In this document: positions 52,292-62,810 of the stretch, in pieces
Numbering within the stretch: the first letter of the stretch is position 1
Layout of the letters: each line of letters starts with the position of its first letter
NCBI GenBank assembly: GCA_951406725.2
Contig: OX597831.1
Span: forward strand, 34,844,001-34,908,000
Direction of reading: 5' to 3'
Origin: Octopus vulgaris
Taxonomy: Eukaryota
Length of the DNA: 64,000 nucleotides
The notes under the pieces: generated by a model
Seen by the model: the letters and a program-made list of their open reading frames with translations, nothing else
Told to the model about the DNA's origin: nothing
The model's database searches: none
Position numbers and translations under genes: made by a program

Positions 52292-52365
52292 TGGCCGGAT
52301 AACTGAAGAGATGGTGGTGTGGATTTCCACCTCGGCATCCGAAACTCAGAGTTTTATCTTGGCTA
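52292..52365 (+). ncRNA. Type I hammerhead ribozyme motif with complete core
   Basis: Stem I uggccggauaa/uuaucuuggcua; CUGAAGA (52303-52309); long stem II gaug...gugg-auuu-ccac...cauc; GAAA (52341-52344); palindromic stem III aacuc-a-gaguu; predicted cleavage after GUU at 52353. Confidence 0.72.
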
Positions 52366-52474
52366 CCGAATAATTGTCACATATTACATTTACAGATATA
52401 TATATATATATATATATATTTACATACATGCATATATTTATATACGTATACATTTGTGTATATATACATATATA

Positions 52475-52510
<36 letters not shown>

Positions 52511-52617
52511 CATATACATGTGTATACATATGTATAGGGGGAGAATTAACAAAAGACGAAGACGGGTGATGTAGACAACAAACAGATGTATTAGTATAAA
52601 GCTCAGGAAGTGAAAAA

Positions 52618-52655
52618 GTCTTTAACGTTTCGAGCCTACGCTCTTCAACAGAAAG
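52618..52655 (-). ncRNA. Minimal hammerhead-like motif with variant core
   Basis: Minus strand cuuu-CUGUUGA-a-gagc-guag-gcuc-GAAAC-GUU-aaag; palindrome AACGUU; A-to-U change in the CUGANGA box. Confidence 0.55.
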
Positions 52656-52779
52656 AAACAAGGAGAGAAAAGGCCAATATATATTTATGTATAAGGTAGA
52701 AAAGTAACACACAAGTTGATATGTATAAGGAAAATAACAGAAGGTAGAAAATGTTAAAATGATTTTATCATGAAATATG

Positions 52780-52821
52780 TTTTAGTACCAGTTTCTGCCT
52801 TTTAGACTTTTTCAACTAAAA
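52780..52821 (-). ncRNA. Degenerate hammerhead-like motif
   Basis: Minus strand uuuuag-UUGAAAA-a-gucu-aaa-aggc-a-GAAAC-ug-GUA-cuaaaa; perfect 6-bp stem I; core box has two deviations. Confidence 0.4.
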
Positions 52822-54019
52822 GTAAAATAAGAAAAATAATTAAATTGGAGAAAAAAAATTAACTGAAATGTTTTGTAGTGGTTAGTAGTAAATCTGAAGG
52901 AATGGTTTGGGTACAGAGAATTGATGGTTTAAGCAGGTGCGGCTGAGGGAGAAGAAGAAGAGGAAGGAAAAAGAGGAGGAGAAGATGCAGGAACAGAAGC
53001 AGCTGTGGGGAAAGAAGGGGGGAGAAGGAGAAAGAAAGAAAAATATAGGAGTGCTGTGACACAGTAAATTGTTAGTGGGACCTTCTTTAAAATGAATTTA
53101 CTACTAAGGCATTATTTTCGAGCTGGATACCCTTCCTGTCACTAACCCTTATCTGCTTTACAAATAAGGCGTGTCTTTCATTCATCTTAGATGGTGTGGT
53201 GATGATGATTTGTTGACAGAAGGGAGAAGTGCAACACTGCTCAGAGCAATTTTCATAAAGCACGCATGTAAACACACAATGTACATACAATGGACTTCTT
53301 TAGGTTTTCTTCTATTACAGTCATTCACAAAGCTCTTGTTAGCTTAGCGCTATAGTAGAAGCCACTTGCCTGAAGTGCTGTAGTGTGACTGAACCTGAAA
53401 TCACATTGGGAAGTGAACTTCGTAACCAAACAGCCATGTCTGCGTGTACATATGCGTGAGCACACACACATGCACAATGTGCATTCACATACGTATATAT
53501 GCATATATATGCCACCATTATTCAAACAGCGCAACCTGTCTATCCCATAAAACTCAATTTTTCCCATATTCTTGACCATGGCAACCAAACAGTAGCCCCA
53601 AGCAACTTGCAACCCTCCTCACACCATTGCCCACCCCATTTTAGCCCCTGCAGTGTAAATGTTGGCGCCAATCCAAACCGTTCCCATCCCAAAATGAGAC
53701 AAATAACCAAGAAATCAAACAACTTTTTCACATTTCAGCTTTATAGATATTGATTAGGTAGATTTTCTTATGGCACCAGCACCTGAGGGGATGTCTCATT
53801 CTTGATTTGACTAAAGTGTTCTCTCAACTATATGTTGTCTTCATGTGTTTGTCAACTACATTACACAGTGTCCTGAGTACATTGTGGTTGGCATTAGGAA
53901 GAGCATCCAGCTGTTAGAACCCTGATAAAAGTGACAGAGTCTGGTGCAATCCTTTGGCTTGCCAGCTCCTGTGAAATCATCCAACCCATACCACATGGAA
54001 GATTGGCATTAAAATGATG

Positions 54020-54021
<2 letters not shown>

Positions 54022-54073
<52 letters not shown>
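54022..54073. repeat. (TA)n microsatellite
   Basis: Direct reading; similar tracts at ~23555-23660, 26369-26410 and 52228-52262. Confidence 0.95.
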
Positions 54074-54079
<6 letters not shown>

Positions 54080-54239
54080 GTATTGGTATCTAGAAGAACC
54101 AAAGAGTGTTGGGTAATATTAAGTAAGTGGTATGGATAGACCATGATTAAACTCTTGGTTCGATAATGATATGAGTGAGGAGTCTAATGTGGGTCTTGTA
54201 TTAGCATGCATGTATGAATGTATGTATGTATATAGTAGA

Positions 54240-54625
54240 TGTAGGTGTGGTTGTGTGGTAAGAAGCTTGCTTTCCAACCACATGGTTCCGGGTTCAGTCC
54301 CATGGTCTAGTACTTTGGGCAAGTGTCTTCTACTATGGCCTTGGGCTGACCAAAGCCTTGTGAGTGGATTTGGTTGACGAAAACTGAAAGAAGCCCATCA
54401 TATATACATATATATATATGTTTGTGCATCTGTGTTTGTCCCCCACCATCGCTTGACAACTGGTGTTGGTGTGTTTACATCCCTGTAACTTAGTGGTTCA
54501 GCAAAAGAGACTGATAGAATATGTACTAGGCTTACAAAAAATAAGTCTTGGGGGGGCCAGTTTGTTCGACTAGAGGTGGTGGTTCCAGCATAGATGCAGT
54601 CAAATGACTGAAACAAGTAAAAGAA
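54240..54625 (+). mobile_element. Family B SINE copy
   Basis: gtggttgtgtggtaagaagcttgc...gactgaaacaagtaaaaga. Confidence 0.88.
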
Positions 54626-55049
54626 TATATAAAGTTAGGTCTTTTACTGAGCTCCACCAAAATTTTGATTATATTGAAAAACAAGTTGAGAGTTGGCTGT
54701 TATTAGAGCATTGGACAGAATTTGTTCCAGATCTTTCTCCTCTGTGTTCAAATCCCATCAAGGTGAACTTTACGTTTCATCCATTCCTTGTCAGTATAAA
54801 AAAGTACCAAAATACTGATCTGGAGCTAGGAATCAGTAGAAAAGTAAGAACATTGAACCAGATGCCTTCAAATCTTGACACATGGACAACCCTGATGAGG
54901 GGCAGCCCTTCAGAGGAGCTATTATGTGTCATACAGCACATTGGTCTGTCTATGCATATCTTATTATTTGATTCCTTTGGATAGTTGTTGTATCATAGTA
55001 GATAAGAAGCATTTGCTAGCACCTAATGCAGCCCTCTTCTGTTCCTTAA

Positions 55050-55254
55050 CCCTTTGGGCTTTTATCACCCATATCAAGCCCAACTATTGTTTTATGTTGA
55101 AACCAGTCAGATCCTGCCTCTCTCACCTACCCTGCAATGTCATTCTAAAAGTAATCCCATTAGCAGTATCTCAAAGCTACAAGATAATGCATGATTAATT
55201 TAAAACATTGTGAATAAGCATTACATTTCATAGAGTAATCTGAATGCTAAAGGG
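55050..55254 (+). mobile_element. piggyBac-type (TTAA) MITE
   Basis: ttaa|ccctttg ... gctaaaggg|tttt; body homologous to 38970-39178. Confidence 0.78.
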
Positions 55255-55758
55255 TTTTAAAAAAAAAGGTGGGGTTCTTTGAGTGCTTCCTAATCCTCTC
55301 ACAGCACAACATAACCCATTTTGTGTGAGAAAGAGAAAGGATTGCCTCCAGTATTTGACTGGTATCTTAGCTATTGACTTTGAGAGAGATAAGTGGTCTA
55401 CTTGTTAGAGATGTAATTACAGATGTGTTAAACTGCTGTACGATGTAGCACCTAAATCTGCTTCAACAAACTTCTCGACTGTTTATAAAACAAAGTGTCA
55501 TGTAGTTTGAAACCTTCACTTATAAGGCATGCAACACTGCGTGAAAGTAAAGACAAATTGAATAGAGCTAGAATTCAGACTAAATAAATTTGAGGATAAG
55601 CTACCATCGGGCCTTCAAATCTACCAAACCTCTCAGCTGACCGTGGTTAATAAATAACAGCACGCATGCACACAAACACACACACCCACCACAAATGTTA
55701 TTTATTGAGAAAGTGAATAGACATCGAGACATTGGAATGATGATGATTATGATGACAG

Positions 55759-55792
<34 letters not shown>

Positions 55793-56639
55793 GAATTTTT
55801 TTCTAAATTTATATTTTGTTTTTAATAGTATTCACCAAATTGGAATGTCTGGTTTGTTTATGAAAATCAAATTTCATATTTAATGAGAGTTGCGACGAAG
55901 GAGGTGGGGTGTAAAAAAAAAATAATAAGAGGCAAAAGAACAATAAAAAACAATAAGAAGTGAAAGTAAAAAGGCAGAACAGAAATAGAAATAATAATAA
56001 TAATAATAATAATAATGATGATAATGATGAGGGTGAGATGGAGGAGGTGGCCGAGGAAGAGACAGATATACAATCTATTGATAAGCTCTTTCTGTGATGT
56101 TTCATGTTTTGTGATTGAACTGTAATTAATTATAAAGTCTGTCTGGATTAGATACATTTTTCAGTTATAGTAGTTTGCTATACACAACTATATATATATA
56201 TATTAGAAATGTGTGTGTGTATTTTTAGAAATGTATTTGTGTCTGTCTCAGGAACAGACATATATGTGTTTTTGCTGTTGTTGTTTATTTGTTGGTCAGT
56301 CTTGATCAAAGAACTGACCTATGATTGAAAGCCTTCCCGCTGTAGATCGTCTTTGTTTCAATGTCCACTTTTCCGTGCCTGCATGGATCAGATTGAACTT
56401 GTTGGGGCAAACTTTCTATGGTCGGATGTCCTTCCCGTCACCAAGCCTCACTTGTTTCCAAGCAATAATTATTCCCCTTGCATCTGGGTATGTTTTCCTG
56501 GAAAATTGGAAATGAACAACACTGCTTGTATGATGGTGACACTCATTTACAGCTGTTACATGATGTCAAGACAAGGTAACACAAGCACACACCACTTGCA
56601 TAAATACATGATAGGATTCTTTCAATTTGTATTTGGAAA

Positions 56640-57530
56640 GTGTTGATAAGTTCAGGGATTTTGTATTCTGTGAGGTGTTGAGCTACCGCACAGAGCTTCA
56701 GTGGTTTGTATTCTGTAACAGAGCGTCCATCAAGTTTAAAATAGAAATAAGTGCTGATAAACTCAAAAATATAGTGTTCATTGGTTTATATTCGATGAAG
56801 TATTGAGCTATCATTCAAAGATTCAGTGTTTCCTTTTCTAAAAGATGTTGAGTTATCATTTCCAAAATTCATTGGTTTGTATTCCATGTGGTACTGATCT
56901 ACCCATACATGGGTTCAATGGTTTTGTATTCTGTGAAATATTGAACTATTATTTATAAATTCAAAGTATTGAGCTATCATTTCTGTAGATTTTAACCTTT
57001 GCAGTACTGATCTACCATTCACAGGTTCAGTAATTTTGTATTCTATTCAGTACTTCATATTCTGACAGATTTTGAGTTACCATTTACAAATCCATTGGTT
57101 TTTATGGTATGTGGTACTGATCTACCATTCATGAGTTCAATGATTTTGTATGCTGTGAGGTATTGAGCTATCATTTCTGTATCTTTTATCCTATGCGGTG
57201 CTGGTCTACCATTCACAGGTTCAGTAATTTTGTATTCTATGAAGTATTGAGCTATCATTCAAAATTTCAGTGTTTCATATTCTGAAAAATTTTGAGTTAC
57301 CATTTACAAGTCCTTTGGTTTTTATGCTATGTGGTACTGATCTACCATCCATGAGTTCACTAGTTATATATTCTGTGTGGTTAATGAACTATCATTAAAA
57401 GGTTCACTGGTGTGTAACCTATGAAGATCTAATTTACCAGCTATTTAAGCCCAAATGATTTATATTCTACGACTTGCTGCTGATTTTCTGCTTTGTATCC
57501 TGTAAAATGCAGAGGTTCAGTAGCTTGCAT
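56640..57530. repeat. Degenerate ~45-bp minisatellite, roughly 18-20 units
   Basis: Unit approximately tattctgtgaggtattgagctatcattcacaggttcagtggttttg; higher-order duplication ~57005-57160 versus ~57199-57380. Confidence 0.88.
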
Positions 57531-58479
57531 CCCGTCACTGCCAATGCGTTTTCTCCATTACAAAGTCACTTAGGATTTAATGAAGGAAGTTAATTTTAAC
57601 CGTTCAAGAATGGAAATAGGTTGATGTCGCAAGACTAGATTCTACGAAACCATTTGTCGCATCCACAATATTAGCCTCAACAGATGTAAAAGAAGAAATA
57701 AAGGAATAGGTACACAAATGTGTGTAGCTGTATGCTAATGAGATACAAAGGTTACAATTATGATTTATTTTTCTCCTCCTCATCCTACTCTTCCTCTTCC
57801 TCCTCACCCTTCCATTCTCTAATTTATCCATCAGTTTAATAGATAATGCAAACAGTTGACAAGCTAGCATGATGCCCTACTACTCTTCCTTTTCGTCAGC
57901 TTCTTCTAAATCTTGTACAGTTTGTATAAGAGCCTTGATGTCTAGGAAGTACGACCAGTGAGATATGTAGATAAAGTAATTGATAAAAAGGTCAGCCGGA
58001 TACTAATAGACTGCTATGGATATAGCCAGTATTGGCTGGTGGTTCTGTGTTAATAGTAGTAAAGGCCAACTAACAGGAAATTGGTTCTGACTGTAGTCTT
58101 ATGTAATACTGAGGTGGTGGCTGGGGCGATCGGGGTTAATGAAAAATAAAAAATGGAAAAGATGAATGGAAACAAAATAAAATTGAATAAAATATGAATA
58201 AAACATCTACAAATGTTTTTGTCCAGAAAGTATGGAAATGAGGAATGAGAATTTAATGCTTCTTAAATTTTTGTGATATATATATTTATTTATTTACTTA
58301 GTTATTTTCGTTAATGTGTTCGAAGCAGAGAGCATTGCCCTTGATTAGTTAGTGGATCAAAATCACCCTCAATGCAACCTCCTCATCATTGATATTCGGC
58401 AATATGGCAAAAAGCTTATAAAGGAAAAACTTTTTTTCAGAACTGATCTCCAACAACGCTTTTTTTTTGGATAATGGAT

Positions 58480-58850
58480 GTATAGTAAGAAGCTCGTTTC
58501 CCAGCCACGTGGCCCTGGGCTCAGTCCCACTGCATGACACCTTGGTCAAGTATTTTCTATTATAGCCTCAGGCCAACCAAAGCTTTGTGAGTGGATTTGG
58601 TAGATGGAAACTAAAAGAAGCCCATCATATGTATGTCTGTATCCCCTACCACTGCTTGGCAACTAATGTTGGTGTGTTTATGTCACTGTAACTTAGCAGT
58701 TTGTCAAATGACACCAATAGAATAAGTACCTGGTTTAAACTGGAAATAAGTACAGTGGGTCGATCCATTCGACTACAAATTCTTCAAGGCAGTGCCCCAG
58801 CATGGCCACAGTCAAATGATTGAAACAAGTAAAAGATTAAGGATAAAAGA
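58480..58850 (+). mobile_element. Family B SINE copy
   Basis: ctcagtcccactgcatgacaccttggtcaagt...gattgaaacaagtaaaaga. Confidence 0.85.
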
Positions 58851-58960
58851 GAAGTAACATAGTGTGGTGCTTGTATTAAAGTGTTAAGATTTTTCCACTC
58901 AAGAATTATTAAAGACTTTTCTTTGACAAATGGAAATGTTATGGTCTGATGATGAAAACC

Positions 58961-59154
<194 letters not shown>

Positions 59155-59581
59155 CTCTCTCTCTCATAAAATGGGATGATGTCTATGGCCTTAACAGGCT
59201 TTCCAAGACATATGAGATTGATTACTACGATTAAAAAGTTTTTTTCTTCATTCATTCATCTAATTTCTAGTTTTCCATATTGCTATGGTCAGGATGGGAA
59301 ATAGATTTTCTAGTGAAATTAAAACAGCCAGATGCTTTTACTGTGGCTAACCCTTAGCTGTTTTCCAAGTTAGGTTTTTTTTTATGTTTATATAATTCCA
59401 TGGGTCTTCAAGAGCATGGAGTGATCTGTCATAATGTCACCTCTGCTTTACTCAGCCAGTGGCAAACGCAGGATACCAACATTCATGCATACATGCACAC
59501 ACACATAGATAGACAGATCTGTATCTGTGTATATCCCCTGTGAGAAAATTTTGAAAATGAAAACTGCAGGAAGCCTATGAC

Positions 59582-59621
<40 letters not shown>

Positions 59622-59629
59622 CAAGGATG

Positions 59630-59945
59630 AAGACCTCCTTTGGTCATGAATGACCATGGGATTGCACCTAGAAAGTTACCCTCTGAAGCAGACGTCCAGG
59701 TAAAGTTGTTTATGGAAGACAATCAGTCACTTATGCATTCCAGCCTCCCCTCTCCATACCACCAATATTTCAAGGGAAAGGCAAAGGGGCTGATACAGCT
59801 CGGCACCAATGATGTTGCAACTCATTCCTGAGCTGGAGCAATGTGAAATAAAGTGTCTTGCTCAAAAACGCAACACACAGTCCAGTCCGGGAATCAAACT
59901 CACTACCTCATGATTGTGAGCCTGACAATCTAACCACTGAGCCTT
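59630..59945 (-). mobile_element. Family D-head SINE variant
   Basis: Homologous to 45173-45520 (cctttggtcatgaatgaccat...gcacctagaaagtt). Confidence 0.8.
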
Positions 59946-60598
59946 CACACACACACACACACACACACACACGTATGTATATATTCACATACACACACAC
60001 ACACATTATGAGGGGTTTCATGCTGTCTGTCCACCACATTCCCTCACCAGAGATAAGATGTCCCACAGCTGTAACAGAAGACATTTACGCAAGGTTCCAC
60101 ATAGTGTAACTGAACCAAAAACCAAGTGGTTAAGAAGTTAGCTTCTTACCCACCCAACCATGCCTCCCCTATGTACTTTAAAAATGAAAGCAAAAATAAA
60201 AGGAATCACAATGCACTCTACTCAACGTGATCCAATTACTGCAAGGAAGAAGATATTGTATATGACACAGTTAACCAATAAGCCCTTTCTCTTTCCTATT
60301 ATGTAAGAATATATTCTGAACCGATTTCCTGTTGGTTGGCCTTTACAGCTAATTAATAGAGAACTGTCTGCCAGCACCAGCTTTAGCAGTTACCACTTGG
60401 TCACTTGACCTGCTAGAAATAACAAACAAATCTGCTTCAAATCATATCCCACCATCTGACATAAGGGAAGGTCATGTTAAAGCAGAACTACTCAACATTT
60501 TGTAGCTCTGTGCCACCTTACACTGAAAGTTGATTTAAAAATGCTTCATCCTTATGTTTTACAAAAAAAAAAAAATTAGTGCCATGGTCTGTAATATA

Positions 60599-60824
60599 CA
60601 GGGTTGGCCAAAAGTCACCCAACAGTAAATTATAATACCATAAATACTTAATATTCAATTTTATTTATTCATTCCAATTACGAATGCTGTGAGTTAAAAT
60701 CACTGTTTTTTTTTTCCAACATTTGTCTATTTATTAGTGAAGTCTCATATAAAATAATTTTTTGTTTTAATCTTGGAATTAAATGGGTTTTGATTTACTG
60801 TAAGGTGACTTTTGGCCAACCCTG
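60599..60824. mobile_element. Tc1/mariner-type MITE, 226 bp, TA target duplication
   Basis: TA|CAGGGTTGGCCAAAAGTCACC...acagtaaat and atttactgt...GGTGACTTTTGGCCAACCCTG|TA. Confidence 0.92.
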
Positions 60825-60850
60825 TATATTCATTTCATGGGTTATAGGCA

Positions 60851-61630
60851 AGGTACATGGCTTAGTGGTTAGGGCATTTGGCTCATGATCTTAAGGTTGT
60901 GTGTTCAATTTCTGGCAATGTGTTGTGTCCTTGAGCAAGACACTTTATTTCATGTTGCTCTACTCCACTTAGCTGGCAAATATGAGTAGTATCTTATTCA
61001 AAAGGGCCCACCTTGTCATATGCTGTATCGTGCTGAATCTCCCTGAGAACTACGTTAAGGGTACATGTGTCTGTGGAGTGCTCAGTCACTTGCACGTTAA
61101 TTTTGTGAGGAAGCTGTTCCATTGATCATATCTATCAGCTGGGACCCTCTTCGTCATAACCGATGGAGTACTCCTCTATAGACAAGGCAGTTTGGTTAAG
61201 AATTTCACTTCACAACCACATAATTTCAGGTTCATTTTGGCCAAGTGTCTTCTACATGGCTGACCAATGCATTATGGTTGAAATTATCAGCTTAAGTCGA
61301 TTAGAACTAACCTACAATAAATCCTTTTGTTTGTGTGTGTGAAGGCATGTGGACTAGTTAGGCATGTTGCACTCATGATTGTGAGATCATGGTTTCAATT
61401 CCCAGACCGACTGCACATTGTGTTCTTGAGCAAGGCACTTTATTTGATGTTGTTCCAGTCCACTCAGCTGTAAACATGTAAGCCTGCAGTGGAATAGCCT
61501 TCTGATTGGCTGGGAATGATGGCTTACTTGCTTAGCCAGCAGGATGGCAATCACTCAAAAGCTAAAACAATGCAAAGCACATTCTGGCCAGTGATGTATA
61601 ACATCTGATAGCCTGGTCAATCATGTGATA
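60851..61630 (+). mobile_element. Family D SINE copies (~60851-61175 and a variant at ~61343-61630)
   Basis: tggcttagtggttaggg head; ttgtgt(c/t)cttgagcaag(a/g)cactttattt centre occurs twice. Confidence 0.82.
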
Positions 61631-61659
61631 TACATATGTGTGTGTGTATATATATGTAA

Positions 61660-62810
61660 TGACAGCTATAAGTAAATTGAATCTTGGTAGGGCACCTGGA
61701 AGGGATGGAATTTGTGCTGAGGTCTTGTGATTTGGTGGTGATTACATCATACAGTCACTTCTTGAACTTATTAATGTAGGCTTCTTCTCCATAAAGGAAA
61801 AGGAGCCAGAATAATGTGTAGTAACTACAGAGGTATTGCTCTACTATCAGCTGCTGGCAAGGTTCTGACAAATATTCTTCTTACCCTCCTGAATGGGTGT
61901 CCCATAAATGGTGTCCTATCTGAATCCCAATGTGGCTTCCGATCTGATAGAGGGACAATGGATATGACTTTCACAGCAAGACAGATAGCAGGAGAAGTGC
62001 TATGGGCAGAATATGGATCTTGTCCAGGTAGTCATTGATTTAACCAAGGCCTTTGATGCTGTGAATAGAGTCTTGCTATGGAAAATACTTGGCAAACTTG
62101 GATGTTCAGATCACTTTGTATCTATAATTAAATAATCTCAGATGGGATGGAGACTTGAGTCGATGTTGGTAGAGGCATGGCGGGACCCATTCCTGTAGAG
62201 AATGGTGTCAAGCAAGGTGACATCCTTGCCCCAGTTCTCTTTTCTTTGTACTTTGCTGCTGCTTTTACTCATGCTTTTGCTATGGTTAGCTTTCTGGGAA
62301 TATATGTCAGGTATTGATCTTCTGACCACTTCTTTAATCTGTGCTGATTTGCTGCCAGTTCAAAAGTTTTCCAGTCTCTTATTCATGACCTCCTTTATGC
62401 AGATGACAGTGACTTAGTCCCTCATACATTGGATGATATGCAAATACTTAAGAATCATATTTCTGCTTCTTGCAAAACACTTGGACTCAGCATTAGCCTG
62501 GACAAGACTGTTGTAATGTTCCAGCCTGCACCAGGAAATCCATATGTGGAACCAGCTATCTTAGTTGAAGGAACAATACTGAAAGTGGTAGGCAAGTTTG
62601 TCTACCTGGGCAGCACACTCAGCCGTTCTTTCTCCCTGGATGATGAAATATCTTTCAGGCTGCAGAGAGCAACTGATTCCTTCTGGTCACTTCAGTCTTG
62701 CGTCTGGTCCCAGTACGACATCAAAAGACAAGCAAAAATTGCTGTGTACCGTACTTGTGTACTGACATTGCTCCTTTACTTATGTGAGACATGGACCCTT
62801 TACAAGCATC
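61660..62810 (+). mobile_element. RTE-clade (BovB-like) LINE reverse transcriptase fragment, pseudogenised
   Basis: GRAPGRDGICAEVL; CSNYRGIALLSAAGKVL; ESQCGFRSDRGTMDM; IDLTKAFDAVNR; NGVKQGDILAPVLFSLYF; LLYADD; LGLSISLDKT; FVYLGSTLS; LLYLCETWTLY; several frameshifts. Confidence 0.95.

Noticed and set aside
56640-57530. CRISPR-like repeat array
   Set aside because: Whole units are mutually homologous with no unique spacers; eukaryotic context and no cas genes.
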